Source of the DNA: Octopus vulgaris
Lineage: Eukaryota
Length of the DNA stretch: 64,000 nt
Assembly (NCBI GenBank): GCA_951406725.2
Contig: OX597824.1
Location: 51,770,001-51,834,000 of the forward strand
Direction: 5' to 3'
Part shown: piece by piece, positions 31,185 to 44,212 of the stretch
Numbering within the stretch: the first letter of the stretch is position 1
Layout: every line of letters starts with the position of its first letter
The notes under the pieces: generated by a model
What the model was told of the DNA's origin: nothing
The model's database searches: none
The model's input: the letters and a program-made list of their open reading frames with translations, nothing else
Program-made: the position numbers and the translations under genes

Positions 31185-33830
31185 ATTAACCATTAACGGT
31201 TTACAAACAAATCAAGGATGATACAAGACGAAACACTACAAAACATGACATGATATGATGGGGTTAAATGCAGGCGTGTAAAGCGCCTCCTCCAAGTCTC
31301 TAACTTTCTCTCTGTTCTATTTTTTTATCACTACAGTCTTACTTAACCTAACTGTAAACGCCCTTTTCAGGTCAACTTCCATTTGTTGTTGACAATTGCC
31401 CTCATCATTGCCCGCTTAACTAATTCAGTTATCCGGTCGCTGTAAGCTTGGCGCGCCGGGAATGACGCGTTCAATATCCAGTACCCGGGTTCCTGTATAC
31501 GAAGCCTATACACAAACCACACATTTGTGATGCAGATCGCAAATTTGTGGTCTGTGTAACCGACGATGTTAAAATGTTAGGAGCCTATGCTATTCTTATC
31601 TACTAGTCAACAGGATACTCTATATAGATATAACCTTGATGACTCGATACTGTTTCTCACGCTCGGGAAATCAAGTCGACACCTTTTGCATCCTTCAGGC
31701 TTTTGCATCCTTCTCCTACCAGCTAGCCCCACTCAATCCAAGAGTGCATCCATGAAGGTGTACAACAGTCCACTAATATTAGGAAGCGGAACTTTCCCTG
31801 GAAAACCTCCAAACATCGGAAGAAGCAAAAACAAATACTACCGAAGCAGTATTGTTCACACACAGGACCATCAACTTAACTTCTAGGTTCAAGGCGATGG
31901 TCCGTATCTTGCGACCCATACTTTTGGCAAAGAAAACTGCAGACCTGTATCCCATCCCTGGTCAACATGGAGATAAGTAAATTTTATATCCACTGAAAAT
32001 GGGCATGGAGACTTGTGGATCGGAAACTGTGGCCTCACTGATGGCCATCACATTTATATTTAACAATCTGAGGTCTCTGAGTAGATAGCCCTCATTCTAA
32101 GGCGAATGTGGGCCACGAGCATTACTTCTGAGCAATGCTATGCTAGACAGCGAGAAAGAATGAAACGAGGAGCTAATTACAGTAATTTTGTTGGGGAGAG
32201 TGGACAGATGTTCCGTATCTCTAGTTAAACTTAAGCATCTCCACAAGCAGTTTCTTATAAAGACTTATTGATGTTCTTTATGTTTCCTATTCCATCGGAC
32301 TATTTGTATTTTGTATGGAGTTGTATGTGTTTTGGGTTTCTGGACGATTTTTCATGGGTGTTGGTGTGATGAAATTGCTCTGCGTGATGTTTGTATGGTT
32401 GTACATGAGTTCCATTAGTGTTTATGGCAGTAAAATTTCTGATGTTTCTCTGTTGTGGTTGCTTTTGGTTTGTGGCCATAAGATTTGCTGGTGTTTGTAC
32501 TTTTAGGTGTGTTTGTGGTGATGATGGTTGTAATGTAATGTTGGTGATAGCGATGGAGATAATAGTGCTGTTAGTGTTCGTGTTGTTGTTAGTTTGTTGT
32601 TGATGGGAGGTTCTATCTCTTTGAACCGCCCTGCACTTTTGTTGGCGTGTTTTTCTCCCTTTCCCTTTTTCCTTGTTCGTTACATATTTCCATTTGCCTT
32701 CTTTCCTGTCTCCTTCACAACACCACATATATGAGTGATTCCAAGCGGGGATGGGCATATTTTGAAGGTCATTGTCTTTCTGTTCTGTTGTTGATTTTGT
32801 AAGGGGATTTTCTGTTGTTGTTTGTGATGTGGTAGTTCTTAAGGACAGCGTTTCTTTTTTGTTTTTGTAACTGTTGCTGCAACTTTGATGTTGCAATTGT
32901 TGTGATTGTTATGGTCGTGCTCATCTGTGGATGGTCCTTCTGATTTCCTTTTGGTGTTGTTGCTGCTGTGATACTGTGTTGGTGAAAATGAATGTATTGA
33001 TTCTTTCTTCTTTTGTTGTGATGAGAATGTCTTCAGCTGGATTGTATCACCACACAATGACATCTCGGCTTTCTGCCTTCAACAGCCACATGCTGTTGTG
33101 AACCAACTGATTGATTCTATACTTTGGACTCTATACTTTGGTGTTCCGTTAAAAATCAGTAGCTCCATCCCTTGGCACAACTAATATTGAGTCTACAGGC
33201 TCTGGACCTAAAGAATATTGATTTCCTACCCTATGTCGAAGAGCACCTCCACCACCAGCCAGAAAATATTTATTTCTCGTGGCACGTTGACTCTTTTTAT
33301 TCCTAAACCCTACGGCTAAGCTACTTACTCTTTAACGTTGTAGTGAAGTGCTTTCTGGCCTCCACGCCTGTTGAAGATCTCATCTCAAAAGAGCCAGATT
33401 TTCCTTCTGGAGGCATATAAATTGGTCGTCAAAATAGGTCTGAAGTATTTTTCTATTTCTTGTGTCACCTGCTCTATTTTCTTAGCTTTTATTCCTACAG
33501 TTTTCTATATAACAATTTTTAATTCTGGTTGCTGTTGGATAGGCTCGGGGAATTCAATGTGGTGTTCTGGTTGTGCATTTTAAGAATATTTTTTTGTGTG
33601 TTTTCAATACATCTACCGAGATTGTAATTCCTTCTTGCATTCAGCAAGCAGCATTAACGAAGGCGGCGACGTGGAAGAAATGCACGTTGTATCTTGTTTC
33701 GTTGTGCTAGAATGTGTTGGCATGTTGGGAGGACAAGTTAAATTTTCGTTTATATGTTGGCTTTTATTTTTGTTACTGTTGTTGATATTGATGTTGTGGT
33801 TTCGATCGCACTGGTTGTAACAGTGGTGGT
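31185..33830 (-). mobile_element. Internally deleted L1/Tx1-type LINE (ORF1 relic plus APE endonuclease, RT missing)
   Basis: Minus 32135-31540 reads NARG..GYLLRDLRLLNIN..AISEA, IFSGYKIYLSPC, LEVFQGKFRFLILV and SRLYLYRV..IVGYTDHKF (APE motifs). Upstream is a low-complexity ORF1-like region. The 5' boundary is uncertain. Confidence 0.7.
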
Positions 33831-35205
33831 GGTGATGGTAACAGAGAGATTACAAAGATTTGTTGGGTGAGAACAGTAAGTTATAAAAAAGGTGAAAGAC
33901 ATCGTGCAATATATAACAGGACGATTTAAAAATTTATTAACGGCAAAAATTTATTCGGAATAAGATAAAAATACACGATAAAACAAAATAATTAAAACAA
34001 GGTATTTATATAAGAATTAGAACCTCCTCTTGTGTTGTTCAAAGAAACCAACTTCCCTGATTACATCTGCGTGCTACTTCTTTCTTGTATTATCTAGTGC
34101 TTCAGATTCGAAAATTTTCCGTGGAGCTTTTGTATTAGATGGAACATGTATAAGTTCACGTCTCCTGGATTAAGGACCTGACAAACTGGCTTTATTGTAT
34201 CACAAAGGTGGCGACTAAACCAGGTACCGACATTACCATTTCATAGTGACCTCTGTGTTCCTTTTTCTCAAATATTGGGGATTGATATATCTATAAGGGC
34301 TACTCTAGCTCTTACTTGAACAGAATTAGAAAGCCGTTTGTATTCTTCTCAAGGAAAAAGTATGTTACCTTCGTCATATTGCTACCCTTCCTCCTCGATT
34401 GATTATGGTTGTCAAATGTCTGCACAAAATACCTTGAAGCGTTTGATCTTTCAGCAACATGTTTCGTATCAAGAGATTTTTGTTTGAAAGAACATTTCTG
34501 ATAGATAGCTTTTCGTTATTCATGTTTATGCCCGAAGTGGTATGTACACGTAAATTATTGTGGTTGTTGTAGATGATGTTGATGTCTCTTCTATTGCAAT
34601 TGCTTTCTAATATTGACACTCTGAACCATTCTTGGAGCAGTTTAATGCGAGCCCCGCATTTTGGGAACTGTCAATGTATACCCCCATATATTGGGAAAGG
34701 GTAAGATGGTCCCTACATTCTAGGAGAGCAATAAAGTTAACTATTAGACTCCATTTCTTGCGGTTATATGTCTTCTCGATACCGTGGGATAAAGAAGTGT
34801 AATGTCGCTTCGGTGAAATTGGAACGCAATGTTTTTATTCACTGTTCGCATGCTTTTACCCGCTGTTTTACCCATCTTGCCAGCCATTTCACTGACTTCT
34901 TACTGTTTTTTTTCTATAAAGCAAATCATTGCAACATTAATTTCCAGCGACACGTGACCGGTAATAATGCAGATAATAAATTAAAATAATAATTATGACA
35001 CAAGCGTATTAATTATTATTTTATTTTAATCAGGCTCATTATCGGAATGTTATACTGGAAAAGATATGAGATTGGGTGGCATTCAAGGAATTAGTGGCTA
35101 AGTGGCTTCAACCAAAATGTAAGTTCAGTTTGCTTTCAGTTTAAGCTCAACAATTTTGTTTATATAAGACACTATATTAAACTTTTTCAAATGTTTGATC
35201 TGCTG

Positions 35206-35236
<31 letters not shown>

Positions 35237-36029
35237 TGTATGTATGTATGTATGTATGTATGTATGTATGTATGTGTGTGTATGTGCACATGCGTGTGTG
35301 TGTGCCAGTTTGTCTGTCTGTCTATCTTCTTGTCTGCTATCTGTCTACGGGAGACATAATACAATTTCGCTGATACTTTCATCTTAAAATTTGCACCACT
35401 GGGATTTATTAGGCAAACTGAGCTCAATTAGTACGCTGACGATTTAGACAAGTTATAGGAGAAAACTAGTTTACAATTACTGTAGCGATACTTCTAAAGT
35501 ATAACGAAAATATTTTTAGACACCCTGTAGCTTCATAAAATTATTAAGGTATTAAATATATAATCATAGCTCTTGGGTACCTGAGTAATATTTTCACAGG
35601 TGTAAGGCGAGCAACCGTGTAAGAGCTTTACTCCTGCAGACCTGAGTTCGTGACCTGCTTTCACTTGATGCTTGTAGCCATTTTATATAACTTTCGTTAC
35701 CGATGCGCTATAATGGTATGGATGTCTCGGTAGCCAAATTTGCCTTCCAGAAATAAGCATTAATATGCCTATTTACAAATTAATATTTAATATATCTTCA
35801 CATTAACATCACTGTGTAAAATTCGGTTCCTGGTTAGATGTACACCCTGACTTCGTATTCCATTTTGTAATAATTCCAGTTTAATCAAACTTCTAATTCT
35901 CTGGAGAAAGGCATGAACTTCACAACATGCTGTCGAATTCCTTAATAAATCTTTGGCTTTGCGATACAACTTATATTACAAGTCAATATTTTCACAGGTG
36001 TTTAAAAATCCTTCCTCAGTCAGTGTGAA

Positions 36030-36335
36030 ACTACAGAAGAACATATTTACCCAAACAAATTAAATTGTACCCAGGTAGTCCAACAAATTGTCCAGGTCGT
36101 CCGGTATAGCTACATAAGTGAACATGCTTACCAAAAACAACTAGATTACAATTTATCCAGGTGATGCAACAAAACTTCTAGGTCGTTCCGTGTAACTACA
36201 CGAGAGAACATGGTTGCCAAAACATTAATTTAAATCTTGCGCAAGTAATGTAACATCTTTTCAACTTATTCGGTGTCGGTATGTAACAAAACATAATTAT
36301 GGAAACACTAAAGTGAAGCAACAAAACTTTTAGTA
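36030..36335. repeat. Degenerate tandem repeat, period ~81-86 bp, ~3.5 units
   Basis: An (g/a)aacat unit start recurs at 36039, 36120, 36206 and ~36289, with ccaggt..caacaaa..aggtcgt..ctaca blocks. Confidence 0.7.
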
Positions 36336-36401
36336 TATTCTTTACAATTTATTATACAGTATATCCACCATTATTGCTTTGTATAGCTTCACATATTTTA
36401 T

Positions 36402-36440
<39 letters not shown>

Positions 36441-37454
36441 CAACTTTGCGTTTCAACCATCTGAGATTGATAAAATAAAGTACTAGTCAATGATTGGGCT
36501 CAATTTAATCGTCTATAGCTAGCCTTAAAATATTTCCCTAGTGCCAATGTGCCAATGTTAGAAATCATTTATACTTCACACTAGAATTTTTCATATTGGC
36601 AAAGTCCCCAAAGTTTGTAAAGGGAAAACAAATTGAGTCAAAAGGATCGCTCGAGAGATATTCTTTGAACAGTATTGTGAGGAAAGTAATGAAAGCCACG
36701 AGAACTCTGGCAGGCAAAACTAAAGTGTTTTATCCGGTAATCTATAATTTCTAACGTTGTAGAGCGTTTATTAAAAAAAAAAGAAGTGCAATACTTTATC
36801 ATAATTTCTGCCATAATATAAAAATGATTAAGAATGCATGAACGCCATAAATTCCCATATTACTTCCCTTCTAAAACTCTTCTTGTCACAGAATAAGAAA
36901 CAATGTTTCTTGGCTTATTTAAGATAACAACTTCTCTGGAGTATAAAGAAAGCTTCAATGAACTAATTCCGTGAACCGGTTTCGATCCTAAATTGAAACC
37001 AGTTAGCAACATTGATATAATTAGTGTCCTTGGGAGAGACATAAAAACTGTATCTCAAACTACTTACATTTGTCTATAAATCTGCTGCCTGAGGAGGTTG
37101 GTGCCTCTATGAAATCAATAATAAGTCTGCTGTTTTGCTTGTCATAAACATTCTTCACGTGTAATTTAAGACATATTTATAGACCTGCGTACACCCCATC
37201 GCACACTCATACAGACGCACACATGCACATGTGCACACACAAAGCCATGAAAATGTACTCTAAACTGTCAATAAAAATGTTGCCAAATGCACCTCAGCAC
37301 TATCTACAGCCAGGTTACGTTCCTTATTGAACTTCTAATCGATATATTAATACTAGAACTGAATTAAGAAATATGCAAGGTTGAAAAAAACATTCGCATT
37401 CATACCAACTTAATCACAAAATAACAATAACAAAACACAAAGCTGCCAACACTA

Positions 37455-37700
37455 CTACCATCACCACCACCACCACCACCACCGCCGCCGCCGCCGCCGC
37501 CCTACCGCCGCCGCTACCGCCGCCGCTACCGCCGCCGCTGCCGCCGCCGCTACCGCCGCCGCTACCGCCGCCGCTGCTACCGCTGCCGCTGCTACCGCCG
37601 CTGCTGCCGCCGCTGCTACCGCAGCTGCTGCCGCCGCTGCTGCCGCTGCTGTTGCCGCCGCCGCCGCCGCCGTCGCCAACAACAACAACAACAACAACAA
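37455..37700. repeat. GC-rich (ACC)-(GCC/GCT)n-(AAC) triplet array
   Basis: Direct reading; includes a gctaccgccgcc 12-mer. Confidence 0.97.
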
Positions 37701-40139
37701 TTTAACTCATATTCTCTCTGTCGCTAATCGAACAAATACAGAATTAAACGTAAGCACTTATGCGAAATTAAGTCCCCCATTATTAAGGCATAGATAGTGA
37801 TAAACACAATATACACACACATACACACGCCCACAGCTACTTGCACCCATACAAATACAGATATACACAAGTACACTGATTTTGTGTACAACTTATGCAC
37901 AAAAGAAGTTACTCATATCATAAACAATACACAAACACATACACACACGCACACACACACACGTACACACTCCCTTTCTCTCTAGCTCTCTTTTTCTCTC
38001 TTGTCTTTCTCTCTCTCCTCTCTTTCCCTCTCTGTTACACAGTAGTTTGCTATAACAACTTTGCTCTACCACTTTATCATAGCAAGGACATGATTTATAC
38101 AAACACTTCATAATTCACATGTTTTTTTTTTTAATTTATACTGAAGAGCAATGCCTCAAATTAATTGTATCGTTGAAATTCATATCTGCGGCAAGAATAG
38201 TAGCCACATAAGTAAAGTGGAATGGCTTCAAATAAGATTCAAAAAGAGATTACAAAACTGGTCGCTTCAGTAGTGTAACGGGTCTAGGTCTAGGTAATAG
38301 AATGCAGTAGACCTATATGTTATCGGAGATGGTATATATTTTATTTATTTCCCCCATGATAGCCCAAATAACAGAGAAGCTGTAATAAAAAATGTATTAG
38401 ATCAAAGAGTGTTTGTAGAGTTGGCTTCAGCATCTTTTGGTTGATTCGTTGGTTTATTCTTCGTAGTTGTCAGCAAACTATGACAGAATACCTTGTTATG
38501 CTGGACATATCCTACTATCGCTAAGTGGCTGATGAATTATCTTGTAGAGATAACAGTATAGTTCAAATATTAAAAAAATTCAATATTACATAATTTTGAA
38601 AAGACGGCAAATGATCCCTCAGTGTAATCTGTAAGATGATTACAGAGAAAGCTATCGTTTTCGAGTCCCATATTTGGTATGATGCTCTTTTCTGTTTCAA
38701 GTTAGTGTTTATATTGTCTAACATTTATTAGTCAAAGAGAGCATATTCTTTTAGGGACTAAGATCATAATCTTGAACGCAGTGAACAACATATTTGCACT
38801 TCAGATTGATAGTATCATCAACGGTCCATAAGGCTACAAACTAGCTTAGTATATCAAAATAAAGGGCCAACTAATTCGACAGACATTGTTAATCTTCTGA
38901 GTGCTATCTGACAGCGATCATATCATTAAATTTGTGTTTTCTAAACCAGTGTCTAATTTTTAATGTTTAAATTAACCATACAGTTAGAATAACCGAATAA
39001 AAGGTTATTCAGGAAAATCTATCTCACTTTAAATGTCTTTAACTTTAGGCAAAACTACAATCCTGGAATAGTTCCTTGCTTATGTCGAACAGTTTGGAAA
39101 AATGTTAGTTATTTGCTGATATAATTTTGCCTCGCCGATTACTTATTTCTCGCTGGTTTTATTAATACTCTCAACCTTAAATCTGTTAAATGAAGTATTG
39201 TTTTATCACGCAAAATGCGTCTCTGAACCACTTCTTCTCTAATGTATCATATATAATAGTTGAGCTATAGCGCAGTTGTTCTAAGACAAACAAATACAAG
39301 CTATATTCCCCCAAAATATTAGGGATGTTTTCTCCCTTCCTTTTCTACTGTGTTAATGAGAAACAGAAGACAGTTTCTATGACATATATAACCATTCTTA
39401 ATACGTCCCGGTATATTCGAAAGTGAAGATGCTAATCATTGTTGTATTTCGTCCTTGGAGAAAAGCTCTCTTTTCAGACGAATGCGTGTTCATAACTCAC
39501 CCGATTCAATAGCGGAAGGTGGACTTTGGGATACCCATGTTTCGACATTACTGTGTTTTCTCAGCCAAAGCCTCCTCGGATTAAGGAATCTCACAAGATT
39601 CTGTGGCTCCTGTTAATAAATTAGCAAACAAATTATTTACTGATGCGTGCTAATATCTACGTTCATATAATTCTTCTATATTCACCATGGTGTTGGACAA
39701 GTTTTAAATGGGTTCGAAACCATCTTAAACGTGGAATTTTGTCCGCTCCCCTCACCTTTTCAAACCTCACATGCCCATTATCACATTGCGACGAAGCACA
39801 CTGATATAGAGTCATCTTATTTTCTTGTTTGTTAATAGTGACTTTAGTGAACGGTGAAATATGCTCGTAGTCTACGAGGTGTGTGGAAGACAATTTAAAA
39901 ATTTCGCTTCTTTAACTGTAATAGATTAAAGTTAAATTCCCTAACTTACCATTTGTCTTCGATCATTTTAACGCTTCAATCTTGATGAACGAAATCTTAT
40001 TATTTACTTTATTAAACAAGTCGATTCGTTCCATATTTATTTTCTTCAATTCTCAGTTCTTGGTTCGTATTGGGAAATTCCGTAATCGATTTTTGATACT
40101 GATGCGTCATTTCTCAACTAATTTAAAATAGGTTTTTTT

Positions 40140-40532
40140 TACGGAGATGTACTTGCATAGCAAGTCATTTTATCTGAGATAGTGTGCTGGAACAAAAACA
40201 ATTGCAGCGTTGAAGATGTTTATACACCATTTAAGAATACACACACACACACACACGCACGCACACAAAAAAACCTTTAGATTCATTTCAAGATTTAAAT
40301 TTAATTTGTGTCAAAATATTTTCGTCGCTTTGAAACCGCGACCTGTTCACGGATAAAACTTCGTACTGCATCAAAACTTCGTGCAGCACGAAGTTTCGTC
40401 AGAGGTTTCGTCGCTCACAAACGACGAAAATATTTTAACACAAATTAAATTTAAATGTTGAAGGGAATCTAAAGGTTTTTGTGTTTGTGTGTTCTTAAAT
40501 GGTGTATAAACATCTTCCACGCTGCCATTGTT
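40140..40532. mobile_element. Fold-back (tail-to-tail) element, probable Penelope-like inverted terminal repeat
   Basis: Arms ~40197-40370 and ~40382-40532 are reverse complements, and the left arm extends further. A related fragment lies at 21813-21850. Confidence 0.75.
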
Positions 40533-40599
40533 AAAATAGTTTCTTTTCGTTGAAACATTCCCATAGAAAATTACGCTGAAGCTATTTTCTGCTTTTTAA

Positions 40600-42100
40600 A
40601 TTGCCAAGTCTGGAGGAAAGAACCTCTTAACCATTGTAGGACCTCCGAGACGAGTGAACCTGATGTTGAGACTGTTTCAGATTAACAACTGTAGGAAAGA
40701 TATGATCGTGAAAAGATTCCGGAGAGACAAAGTTCTGAGAAGAAAGGACTGAAAACAATGATTAACGCGATGTGCAGCAGGGTGACGGTAGTTGAGACAG
40801 ACAAGTGAGTTAGGGTGCCTGAATGATATGAGACCATCCAGCAGAAATGTCAGAAGAGACAGCATGCTTGTAGAAAAGAGGCTGAAGCGTGTCTGTGAAT
40901 GACTTTATAAGAGTCAGTCAAGTGGTTCCCTTTTGGATAAGGATGTTAGTGTGAATATCAGCAGTACTATGCCAGATGCTGGAGTAACACTCCAAAGTGG
41001 GTTTTATTTAAACCTTGTAGATTATCCACAATTGTTAGGGACTGAAATATTTTCTGGCCTAAAGAGAAGGGCAAATCTTTGTGATGTGCCATAGCTATGT
41101 TAAGGTGTACTTTCTCTGGAAGAGATCTTCGGCGATTGCAGCACCTAACTTTTGAAGGGATCATGAGAGCTCTGGCTTGATGTTCATGTTTAGAATAGTG
41201 TTTGTGGATTTTCTCTTGTTTTTCTGTCGCTGATAAAAGCGACAAGGCTACATTGGTAGATGTTCTCAAGGTCTCTATTTATGAAATCAATTTAAGATTG
41301 GTGTGTGGTGTCTTACTAGCGTGTGAGTGATGTATGGTTGGGCAATGTCAGAATGGTGGCAAGTTATTAAAGTATATAAAAAAGAGAGGGCGGTAGAAAA
41401 AAAAACCAAACACCGGAGGACATCAGAATTGACTGATAGTGCTCTAGAAAGATCTTCGTGAAACCATACTGCAATGGAGGTATGATTTGACAGAAGGATA
41501 TCAATACAAGTGATAAGTGAATGGGGGAGCTCACAAACAAGAAGTTTTGACTGGAAATGTGCATTCTAATACGGTCAAAATCTTTGCTAATGTCTAGAAT
41601 AGCATCACAAAACTTTTCTAAAGAGATAAATCATTTGGGAGGGATATTAACGATACTTGGCTGGTGTTAAAATGAATACCTTTCTTTGGAATGGGGCACA
41701 CTGAGGAATGCTTTTAAATGTCAGAGAATATCTTCGTGAAGAGTGAGAGATTAAAGAGTTCGATGAGCATTTGAGCAAATTCTGAGGCGTTTGCGTGTGA
41801 TGGAAGAGATGTTATTAGGGCTGGTGATCTTGGTGGTTTGAAGCAGCCAGATATTTTTCTGCATTTGGAGTATGTGTATAATAGGTGGGGTGATTGGTGG
41901 AAAAGAAGAGGTGTAAATTGGCCAAGGGTGAATAAAGTCGAATTGGATGCAAAAGGGCAGCAGAGGTGAAGGCTTTGTCTTTGGGAGAACTATTTCCGCA
42001 AAGTAGGTGCGGATTGAAGTTAAATAGTTTTTGTTTGCTAAAACATTTCTTCGACGGTGTTTTTGCCATTTAGTGAGAATCATTTGTTCAGGAGTTCTTT
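40600..42100 (-). pseudogene. CR1/Jockey-group LINE reverse transcriptase relic
   Basis: Minus strand remnants read ASEFAQMLIELFNLSLFTKIFSDI*KHSSVCPIPKKG, ILDISKDFDRI, IDFINRDLENI, TDTLQPL and QSFLLRTLSLRNL. Confidence 0.75.
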
Positions 42101-43124
42101 GATTACGAATCTTTCCATTTTTTGTTATGATATATTTCTGTTGTATTAGTCTCATCTCTTTTATTTGTATTGTTTCGTTATTTATTTCATTAAAGATTCA
42201 AAGATATTTTTCTTATTTCCTGACACTTCCTATTTTTGTTTACTATTTTTATGCTTTCCTACTTTCTATTTTTATAGTTTTCTATTTTCTCTGACTTTCT
42301 AATTCTCTTTCCATCGCAGTTTGCAGTGGCTGCCGCATTGTATTTTGCTTAACCTTGTGCTATTCACACTCGTACTCATTTTCATAAAGTTTGTCCTGGC
42401 CAAGTTTGTGTTTTTGTCGTTGTTGCCATTTTATTGAGTTTTATCGCTGAGAGATACTTTCGTTGGTTCGTAGGGAAGAGTTTCCACTGATGTTAATTAT
42501 TTAACTTTTCCCGCTTTTAGATTACCATTTTCTTGACTTCCACCTCTAGAATTTTCTATTCTTCATATTCATATTAATAATTTTTGTTTGTATTGTTCTG
42601 GTCAAGTTTTTGTTTGTCATTTCTTTGTTGCTCTTTGATATTTCCTATGTTTGGCACCTGTTTGGTCTATATTTGTGATGTATACTCTCAATGTTATTTG
42701 TTTTGTTTTCATGTTAGGTGTTTTTCTTTTCTTTTAACAGCTCTAGTCTCACTACCGATACTTATTTTAGCTTAATGTATCTTAAGTCAGCTAATCTAAA
42801 TGAATTTAACATAAGCCCGGGCTATGCTATTTTCCTTCCAGATTTTATACAAGAATATTGTCATAGTACTTTTTATCTTCAGTGTAGGTTGTTGTAAAAT
42901 AGAAATATTGGCTACGACGACGAGGGTTCCAGTTGAACCGATCAACGGAACAACCTGCTTGTGAAATTAACGATGTCAACTACTAACATGTTTCTATTAC
43001 GAACAACAAGAAGCCTCAATTTTGCAGCAAAATAAACATATTTATCTGCCACACTCTTGTTGATGTATTTGTGATACAAATCAACATTTACTCTATAAAA
43101 ATAAGAGCTACACATTTAACAAAA

Positions 43125-43570
43125 TTTGTGATCTAGCCTTCTAGAAATATCAGTCAAATATCAATCAAATTATATGTTACCATCTTAAATTAGAAAGGAC
43201 ACATTAGATAACTTTGTCCAAAATGTCCTATGTCTGAAAAAGAAGAGATTGGTTGTGACACCTACAAACAAACAGACAAAAAAGAATGGAACAAAGAAAC
43301 CTTTAATCAGAGTTGAACTGGGTCAATGGACAATAACAAGTGTGGATCTCTTCGTGGTCGCACGACCTGTTAGAAATAGCAGGGGAATGTCTCTTAAATG
43401 GAAAGTCAGCCTGGGACTTTCTGCATATTCGAAGTAAATAGCAGTTAAATGTCGCAAATCACGACCAGCCCTCTGAGAAAAAGGATTAACTGAAATGCCA
43501 AAATGTGTACGGCTCGAATGCTATTTTGATCATTAGTTTGCTTGATAAGAGTCGCTGTAAGACTATAAAC
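43125..43570 (+). repeat. Tandem degraded family D copies
   Basis: cttctagaaatatcagtcaaat and cgacctgttagaaatagcag motifs. Confidence 0.55.
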
Positions 43571-43991
43571 AAAATGTAAAATTGATTAAATGAAATCTCT
43601 TTGTGACAGAATCTAAAGTGGGTATCAGGTGTAAGTTCTCTTGTTCTCTTATATTTCAAAGAACTTGTCTACAGTCACACATGTAATATATTTGTTCTGC
43701 CTCAGTATTCCACACAAGATATCAACATTGGGTGCAAATATATTTATTTAGGACTACAGTAAATTATGAAACAAATGTCTATGAGGTCCGCTTACAGTTA
43801 AGTGGACTGCGGCTAACGCAAATAAGACAAACATTCACGTACATAACATGAACAAAGGACAGTGTACTGCAGTTCTTCGTTAACCAATACTGTTGTTTAC
43901 TACGAGGGACCAAAGATTAATAATATTCGGAGTGTATCGTAGCAATAAATTTCTAGGTAGCGTTGTGAGATATTATTTTGCTATTTGAAAA

Positions 43992-44212
43992 AGGTGGTGG
44001 GTTGGAAGAATCGTTAGTAAGTTGGATAACATGCTTAGTAGTATTTCTTCCTGTTATTGATGTTCTAGGTTCGAATTCTGCCGAGGGTCGACTTTGTTTT
44101 TCATGTTTTCGGGGTCGATGAAATAAGAGCTATTTGAATCCTGGGGTCGATGTATAATCAACTTATTCCGGCCATTAAAAATGCTGGTGTTGTGCTATAC
44201 TTTGAAAACCAT
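43992..44212 (+). mobile_element. SINE family A
   Basis: Family match. Further degraded copies lie at ~29065-29260, 36435-36570, 45865-45990, 51497-51578 and 56150-56520. Confidence 0.82.

Noticed and set aside
30899-31196. Poly-E/R/S/F ORFs
   Set aside because: These come from the GAA microsatellite.
33960-34760. Possible LINE relic (YMGVYIDS on minus strand)
   Set aside because: A single weak motif is not enough to call.
35515-35529. gacaccctgta, a Tc1/mariner-like terminus
   Set aside because: No convincing partner TIR or transposase remnant was found.
37461-37700. Poly-alanine exon of a transcription factor
   Set aside because: There is no flanking non-repetitive coding sequence or splice context.
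39663-39893. 76-aa ORF faintly like an RTE C-terminus (also 1730-1940)
   Set aside because: The similarity is too weak to support by eye.
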